The notes beneath the pieces were generated by a model. The model was not told the DNA's origin. It saw only the letters and a program-made list of their open reading frames with translations, and did not search any database. A program made the position numbers and the translations under genes. DNA of 64,000 bases from an uncultured Eubacteriaceae bacterium (GTDB lineage Bacteria > Bacillota > Clostridia > Eubacteriales > Garciellaceae): NCBI GenBank assembly GCA_964533275.1, contig CAZHJK010000011.1:5572-69571 (forward strand), in the 5' to 3' direction. Shown one piece after another: positions 58,144 to 64,000 of this stretch; positions within the stretch are counted from its first letter, which is position 1, and every line of letters begins with the position of its first letter.

Positions 58144-59772
58144 ATGTATAGAAAGTTATTAACTTTTACTATGATTTTTATTATGATTATAGTTTTATTT
58201 GCTGGTTGTACTAGTGAAAGTGGAGGTCAATTAGAGGAAGCTGAGAAGGTATTAAAAATAGCACAAGGAAGTGAACCGCCAGCCGTAGACCCTGCAAGGG
58301 CAAATGACAATATTTCCTTACAAATAGGACAGGCACTTTTTGAAGGACTTTATAGATATCATAATGGCGAATTTATAGAGGGAATGGCTGAGGGAGAGCC
58401 TGAGATTAGCGAAGATGGACTAGTATGGACCTTCCACCTTAGGGATGCTAAGTGGAGTGACGGAGAACCCGTAACCGCCCATGATTTTGAATATGCATGG
58501 AAAAGGTTAGCTGATCCTGAAACGGCATCGGGTTCTGCTTATAAAATAACCGATTTTGTAAAGGGAGCTATGGAATTTAATCAGGGAAGTGGCTCTAGTG
58601 AGGATGTAGGAGTAAGGGCTGTTAACGATAAGACCTTAGAAGTTACCCTTGTATCAAGTACACCTTATTTTAAAGAGATAATAAGCTTTGGCGCTTTTTC
58701 CCCCGTAAGAGAAGATATTGTTAAAGAATATGGAGAAGCCTTTGCTGCAAATCCAGAAAACATGGTATATAATGGCCCTTGGGCATTAACTAAATGGGAG
58801 CATGATGTTGAATTAGAATTTGAACCAAATGAGAATTATTGGAATAGGGAAGCAGTTAAATTAGACAGAGTTATTAGTCCTATAATCAGTGATTATGCAA
58901 CCCAGGTAAATATGTTTGAAACCGGAGATTTACATATGACTATTCTAATGGGTGAGTTTGCTGCTCAATATGATGAAGAGGGAAAGGCAGAATTCTTTGA
59001 GGATGGATTATCCATAAATCTACTTTTAAATAGGGAGACCTATGAACCCTTTGCCAATGAAAACATAAGAAAGGCCTTTGCCTTGGCGATTGACAGGGAA
59101 AGCTTTATTACTAATATATATAAGCTTCCAGCAATACCTGCAACTAACCTTATTAACCCTGCCATAAAGGGAGTTGAGAAAACCTTTAGGGATGAATTTC
59201 CTGGGGACTACTTCCCAGCATTTGACTCGGAAAAGGCTAAAGAATTACTACAAAAGGGATTGGATGAATTGGGCATAGATAGTCTGCCAGATCTTGAGCT
59301 GATGTTTTTAGATGGTGGAGCTTCTCCAATATTTGCAGAATTCCTACAGGAGAATTTCAGAAAAACACTAGAGGTCGAAGCGGTTTTAACCCCTATTTCC
59401 TTAGAAAAAAGAATAGAGATCAGCATGAATGGGGATTATCAAACCCTAATAAATCCTACTGGTCCGGATTTTAATGATCCAATGAGTACTATGGAGACTT
59501 GGATAACAGGTAATCCCTATAATGAGGTTAAATATGAAAATGAGGATTATGATACATTAGTAAAAGAAGCTAAGGGTATTGATGACACCAAAAAACGTAT
59601 GGAGTTAATGGCACAGGCTGAGGAGTTAATAATGGAGGATATGTATGTAGTGCCAATTATGCATAATGTTTCAGGATATGCTATCTCCGATAATGTAAGC
59701 AATTTATATCCAACAGCATGGTGCCCAGATATAGATTGGATGTTTGCGGATATGGAAGAAGCAGAACAGTAG
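58144..59772 (+). CDS. Peptide/nickel ABC transporter substrate-binding lipoprotein (family 5, OppA/DppA-like)
   Basis: Lipobox FAGC, family-5 SBP length and motifs. First gene of a five-gene operon. Confidence 0.85.
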   Translation: MYRKLLTFTMIFIMIIVLFAGCTSESGGQLEEAEKVLKIAQGSEPPAVDPARANDNISLQIGQALFEGLYRYHNGEFIEGMAEGEPEISEDGLVWTFHLRDAKWSDGEPVTAHDFEYAWKRLADPETASGSAYKITDFVKGAMEFNQGSGSSEDVGVRAVNDKTLEVTLVSSTPYFKEIISFGAFSPVREDIVKEYGEAFAANPENMVYNGPWALTKWEHDVELEFEPNENYWNREAVKLDRVISPIISDYATQVNMFETGDLHMTILMGEFAAQYDEEGKAEFFEDGLSINLLLNRETYEPFANENIRKAFALAIDRESFITNIYKLPAIPATNLINPAIKGVEKTFRDEFPGDYFPAFDSEKAKELLQKGLDELGIDSLPDLELMFLDGGASPIFAEFLQENFRKTLEVEAVLTPISLEKRIEISMNGDYQTLINPTGPDFNDPMSTMETWITGNPYNEVKYENEDYDTLVKEAKGIDDTKKRMELMAQAEELIMEDMYVVPIMHNVSGYAISDNVSNLYPTAWCPDIDWMFADMEEAEQ

Positions 59773-59856
59773 AGAAATTTATTCAGATAAAGGTATGTGG
59801 AGATTATCTACATACCTTTTAATTAATGGCATTAATATTGAAAAGGGGACTCAATA

Positions 59857-60795
59857 ATGTATAAATATATATTAAAGAGAATAGGGACCTCTATTATAAC
59901 CATTTGGGTACTTATAACTATTACATTTCTTTTAATGAATGCTATCCCAGGTGAGCCCTTTAGTGATCAAAGGAAATTACCACCACAGGTTCTAGAAAAC
60001 TTAAATGAATATTATGGCTTGGACAAGCCTTTAATCATACAATATTTTAAGCATATGGGAAATATTTTAAAAGGAGATTTGGGATACTCCCTAACCTATA
60101 AAACCCGTACTGTCAATGATATCATAGCCCAGGCATTTCCCTATTCAGCACAATTAGGGATTCAATCATTGATTTTTGGATTAACATTAGGTTTAGCCTT
60201 AGGGATATTAGCAGCACTCCATCATAATAGGGCATTGGATTATATCACAATGATTATTGCTGTAATAGGGGTATCGGTACCAAACTTTATTATAGGAGGG
60301 TTTTTACAATACTTTTTAGGGGTTAAGTATCAGCTTTTTCCTGTAGCCCAGTGGAAGGGTTTTATATATACAATATTGCCAACCATAGCACTGGGATCAA
60401 GAATTTTGGCAACCCAGGCAAGGATGATGAGATCCTCAACCCTGGAGGTTCTAAATCAGGATTATATAAAAGCTGCTAAGGCAAAGGGGTTGAGTAAGAC
60501 TGTTATTATAGGGAATCATATTATTCGCAACTCTATTTTACCTATTATAACAACTCTAGGGCCATTATCGGCAACTATATTAACAGGTACCTTTGTAATC
60601 GAAAATATTTTCGCTATTCCAGGATTAGGAAGATATTTTGTACAAGGAATTCAAGATTTAGACTATCCGGTTATCTTGGGAACTACATTATTTTATGGTG
60701 TATTTTTGGTAGTTTTAAATCTATTAGTGGATATAATATATGGTTTTATTGATCCTAGAATCAAGATTGTTGATTTGGCAGGTGATAGACTATGA
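59857..60795 (+). CDS. Oligopeptide/dipeptide ABC permease (OppB/DppB-like)
   Basis: 6 TM. EAA-type loop YIKAAKAKGLS. Confidence 0.9.
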   Translation: MYKYILKRIGTSIITIWVLITITFLLMNAIPGEPFSDQRKLPPQVLENLNEYYGLDKPLIIQYFKHMGNILKGDLGYSLTYKTRTVNDIIAQAFPYSAQLGIQSLIFGLTLGLALGILAALHHNRALDYITMIIAVIGVSVPNFIIGGFLQYFLGVKYQLFPVAQWKGFIYTILPTIALGSRILATQARMMRSSTLEVLNQDYIKAAKAKGLSKTVIIGNHIIRNSILPIITTLGPLSATILTGTFVIENIFAIPGLGRYFVQGIQDLDYPVILGTTLFYGVFLVVLNLLVDIIYGFIDPRIKIVDLAGDRL

Positions 60796-61715
60796 AGGGG
60801 GAAATGACAAAACAAGATTTTCAACCTATAGGGAAAGATAAAAGGGTAAATCAAGATATTTTCAGACCAACAATATCCTATTGGGCGGATGCTTGGATAA
60901 AAATTAAAAATAATAAAATGGCACTAATATCCTTGATTATATTAACATTGATAATCATAATGATAATTTTTGGTCCCTATATAGTTCCCTATAAATATTA
61001 TGAACAGGATTATGATAATACAAACATATCTCCAGGGGAGCAGGGACATATTTTTGGTACAGATTCCTTGGGAAGAGACCTGTTCTCTAGGTTATGGATT
61101 GGTGGAAGAGTATCTATTATTATTGGAATAATTGTTGCCCTCTTATCCATGGCCATTGGAGTTATTTATGGGGGTGTAGCTGGGTATTTTGGAGGCAGGA
61201 TTGATAATATAATGATGAGATTTGTAGATGTTATGCTTACTATACCAGGCTTATTAATAAATATTATGCTTCTAATAGTACTTGAACCTGGAATTACTAC
61301 CATAATTATTGCCTTTGGTATAACAGGATGGTTAAGTATGGCGCGTTTAGTAAGGGGACAGGTACTTCAGCTGAAGGAACAGGAATATGTATTGGCAGCC
61401 CGTATACTAGGAGCAAGTAATAGGAGAATAATTATAAAACACCTTATTCCAAATACAATGGGTCCTATAATCGTGGAAATGACCCTTGTTATCCCCTCGG
61501 CTATTTTCGGTGAGGCTTTTCTTAGCTATATAGGTTTGGGAGTAAGACCACCTATGGCAAGCTGGGGAATTTTAGCAAGTGAAGGTATTAAGGTAATGAG
61601 ATTTTTCCCATATCAATTAATAATACCTGGGATTATAATTAGTCTTACCATTCTATCTTTTAACTTACTTGGGGATGGTCTTAGGGACGCCTTAGACCCT
61701 CGTCATAGAATATAA
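60792..61715 (+). CDS. Oligopeptide/dipeptide ABC permease (OppC/DppC-like)
   Basis: 6 TM. YVLAARILGAS loop. ATGA overlap with the upstream gene. Confidence 0.9.
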   Translation: MKGEMTKQDFQPIGKDKRVNQDIFRPTISYWADAWIKIKNNKMALISLIILTLIIIMIIFGPYIVPYKYYEQDYDNTNISPGEQGHIFGTDSLGRDLFSRLWIGGRVSIIIGIIVALLSMAIGVIYGGVAGYFGGRIDNIMMRFVDVMLTIPGLLINIMLLIVLEPGITTIIIAFGITGWLSMARLVRGQVLQLKEQEYVLAARILGASNRRIIIKHLIPNTMGPIIVEMTLVIPSAIFGEAFLSYIGLGVRPPMASWGILASEGIKVMRFFPYQLIIPGIIISLTILSFNLLGDGLRDALDPRHRI

Positions 61716-61726
61716 AGGAGATTCAG

Positions 61727-62761
61727 ATGGAGATAAATGAAAAATTGCTGGAAGTTAAAAACTTAAAAGTATCCTTTGATACCCATGACTATGAAGTGCA
61801 GGCTGTCCGAGGTATTTCTTTTCATTTGGATAAAGGTGAGGCAATAGCAATAGTAGGGGAATCGGGTTGTGGTAAAAGTGTTACAGCCCAATCTATTATG
61901 GGACTTATTGATATGCCACCAGGTAGAATAAAGGAAGGACGGATATTATTTAATGGTCAAGATTTACTAAGGCTGACAGAAAAACAAATGCAATCAATTA
62001 GAGGCTCTAAAATATCTATGGTATTTCAAGAACCTATGACTTCCTTAAATCCTACAATGAAGGTAGGAAAACAGATAAGTGAGGGGTTGGTAAAGTATCA
62101 ACACCTAAATAAAAGGGCAGCAAAGGAAAGAGCAATTGAGATGCTTAGAATTGCCGGGATTCAAAATCCAGAGGATGGGTTTAACCAATATCCCCATCAA
62201 TTAAGTGGGGGCATGTGTCAGAGAGTTATGATTGCAATAGCACTTTCATGTAATCCTAAAATTTTGATTGCAGATGAACCTACAACGGCATTGGATTTGA
62301 TAAATAAAAAGCATATCTTAGATTTGCTCAAGGATATTCAAAAAAATTTTGGTACGTCGATCATTTTAATTACCCATGACTTAGAAATTGTTGCTAATAC
62401 TGCACAAAAAGTATTTGTTATGTATGCAGGTTTAATAGTGGAAAGCGGTCCTGTACATAAAATATTTTATAATTCAAAACACCCCTATACCTGGGCTTTG
62501 ATGAATTCAATCCCTAACATAAAGTTAGATTATAAAGAGCAATTAGAAACTATTGAGGGAAGCCCTCCTGATTTATTTTCTCCTCCAAAGGGATGCCCCT
62601 TCGCACCCCGGTGTAAATATGCAATGAAGATATGCGCCGATACTATGCCAAAGAATATCCAAGTAGAAGATGGTCATAGTGTATCCTGCTGGTTGCAACA
62701 TCATCTTGCACCAAGGGTGGAAGGTCCTGGGTGGAAGGGGGGCAAAATCTATGCACCTTAA
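61727..62761 (+). CDS. Oligopeptide/dipeptide ABC ATPase (OppD-like)
   Basis: GESGCGKS, LSGGMCQR, ILIADEPT. C-terminal Cys-rich oligopeptide extension. Confidence 0.9.
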   Translation: MEINEKLLEVKNLKVSFDTHDYEVQAVRGISFHLDKGEAIAIVGESGCGKSVTAQSIMGLIDMPPGRIKEGRILFNGQDLLRLTEKQMQSIRGSKISMVFQEPMTSLNPTMKVGKQISEGLVKYQHLNKRAAKERAIEMLRIAGIQNPEDGFNQYPHQLSGGMCQRVMIAIALSCNPKILIADEPTTALDLINKKHILDLLKDIQKNFGTSIILITHDLEIVANTAQKVFVMYAGLIVESGPVHKIFYNSKHPYTWALMNSIPNIKLDYKEQLETIEGSPPDLFSPPKGCPFAPRCKYAMKICADTMPKNIQVEDGHSVSCWLQHHLAPRVEGPGWKGGKIYAP

Positions 62762-63677
62762 TAATAAATTAGTGGAGATAAAGAATTTAAAAAAATATTT
62801 TAAAATAGATAAGCAAAGAGAATTGTGGGCTGTTGATGGAATAAGCTTTGATATTTATAGGGGTGAGACATTAGGACTTATTGGGGAGTCAGGTTGTGGG
62901 AAAACCACATTAGGACGAATTATTATCAGACTTTATGGTGCTAATGAGGGTCAAGTTATATATAATGGTAAGGCCATTCATTCTATGAATAATGATGAAT
63001 TAAAGGACTTTACAAAGGATGCACAGATGATTTTTCAAAATCCCTATTCCTCCTTAAATCCTCGCATGACCATTGGAGATATTGTGGGTGAGGGAATAGA
63101 CATTCACAAATTATATAAGGGGGATGCAAGAACTAAAAAAATTTATGAGCTTCTTGAAATAGTAGGCTTAAGTAGTGAGTATGCCAATAGGTTTCCCCAT
63201 GAATTTAGTGGGGGACAAAGACAGCGTATAGGAATTGCTAGGGCCTTAGCAATTAAACCTAAATTTATTATTTGTGATGAGCCTATTTCTGCTTTGGATG
63301 TTTCCATTCAAGCCCAAATAATAAATCTTCTTATAAAGCTTCAAAGGGAAATGGGGCTAACCTATTTATTTATTGCCCATGACTTAAGCATGATAAAGCA
63401 TATTTCTGACCGTATAGCAGTAATGTATTCTGGAAGGGTTGTAGAATTGACTAATAGTAAAGAGCTCTATAAAAATCCTATACATCCCTATACACAAATG
63501 CTACTTTCATCACTACCATATTCCAATAATATTGGGAAAGAAAAGGATGAAACTTCCTTGGGCTGTAATTTTAAAGAAAGATGCAGATATGCTATGGATA
63601 TATGCTATAAAAATCCGGAATTTAAAGAGTATAAGCCTGGTCATTTTGTGGCTTGTCATCTAATAGAACAAAAATAA
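62751..63677 (+). CDS. Oligopeptide/dipeptide ABC ATPase (OppF-like)
   Basis: GESGCGKTT, FSGGQRQR, FIICDEPI. The start is trimmed to ATG 62751 (MHLNNK) after GGAAGGGGGG, giving an 11-nt overlap with oppD-like. Confidence 0.9.
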   Translation: MHLNNKLVEIKNLKKYFKIDKQRELWAVDGISFDIYRGETLGLIGESGCGKTTLGRIIIRLYGANEGQVIYNGKAIHSMNNDELKDFTKDAQMIFQNPYSSLNPRMTIGDIVGEGIDIHKLYKGDARTKKIYELLEIVGLSSEYANRFPHEFSGGQRQRIGIARALAIKPKFIICDEPISALDVSIQAQIINLLIKLQREMGLTYLFIAHDLSMIKHISDRIAVMYSGRVVELTNSKELYKNPIHPYTQMLLSSLPYSNNIGKEKDETSLGCNFKERCRYAMDICYKNPEFKEYKPGHFVACHLIEQK

Positions 63678-63682
63678 TTTTT

Positions 63683-63712
63683 AAAGTCCAGATTATAAAA
63701 TCTGGACTTTGT
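63683..63712 (+). terminator. Probable terminator of the opp-like operon
   Basis: aaagtccaga / tctggacttt. Weak T-run. Confidence 0.55.
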
Positions 63713-63854
63713 AGATGATTACTGCCATCATAATTTGTACTTATTTTCCTAAACAAAAGGATAATCATTAGTTTAAATTATATTAGAACACCATTGAACT
63801 TTATATGTTGATTAGGTGTTTAAGAAAATAGCAAATTCCTCAAATAAGTAGAAC

Positions 63855-63998
63855 ATTATTTTGGGGGAACTATATCAGAGGATTTTTGGTTCTTTTTTTT
63901 TTCTTTTCTTGAAAAAAACCACAGTCCTGATTGCTAGTACATGAAACAATATTTACATGATCCAAGGTACATTTTCCATTATCTTCATAGATGCAATT
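63855..63998 (-). CDS. 3' end of a small Cys-rich protein (DUF1540-like?). The start lies beyond the window.
   Basis: The open minus-strand frame reads ...NCIYEDNGKCTLDHVNIVSCTSNQDCGFFQEKKKKKNQKSSDIVPPK*. Confidence 0.3.
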
Positions 63999-64000
63999 TA

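Overview
This is a low-GC, gene-dense Firmicutes/Clostridia-type chromosomal segment, anchored by the conserved pcrA-ligA pair at 50.1-54.5 kb. About 60 protein genes can be supported. I saw no rRNA, tRNA or CRISPR array. All calls come from motif and structure recognition by eye; no searches were run. Main points: (1) 44.0-47.1 kb holds a controller-protein-gated cytosine-5 methyltransferase operon. Its only candidate effector is a split DUF262 (ParB/GmrSD-N-like) plus HEPN (Rx4H) gene pair. This is my best candidate for an undescribed defence system. It lies in a mosaic, decayed island containing gene remnants at 43.0-43.9 kb, a diverged duplicate of the pcrA 5' end at 47.2 kb, a VanZ-like gene, and a Y1/RAYT-type transposase bracketed by inverted copies of a dispersed GGGGACGGTGACTTT repeat. 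That repeat has at least 10 copies in the window. (2) 20.3-26.2 kb on the minus strand encodes SipW signal peptidase, three TasA/camelysin-like subunits, a 755-aa vWA protein and an LPQTG-anchored protein. Two tandem c-di-GMP-I riboswitches precede it. (3) 3.8-10.4 kb is a clearly GC-richer island with a LuxR regulator, an enoate-reductase-like flavoenzyme, a tandem-fused double SDR and a DASS-like permease. (4) 10.6-15.6 kb carries a GH125-like protein, two carbon-nitrogen hydrolase paralogues (one lacking the catalytic Glu and Cys) and a GPH symporter. (5) 32.4-35.5 kb carries a putative H2-sensing [FeFe]-hydrogenase-PAS protein with a PP2C phosphatase and a 2Fe-2S ferredoxin. (6) Also present are a NiCo riboswitch with a CDF exporter, a BceRS-AB-type module and an Opp-type ABC operon.
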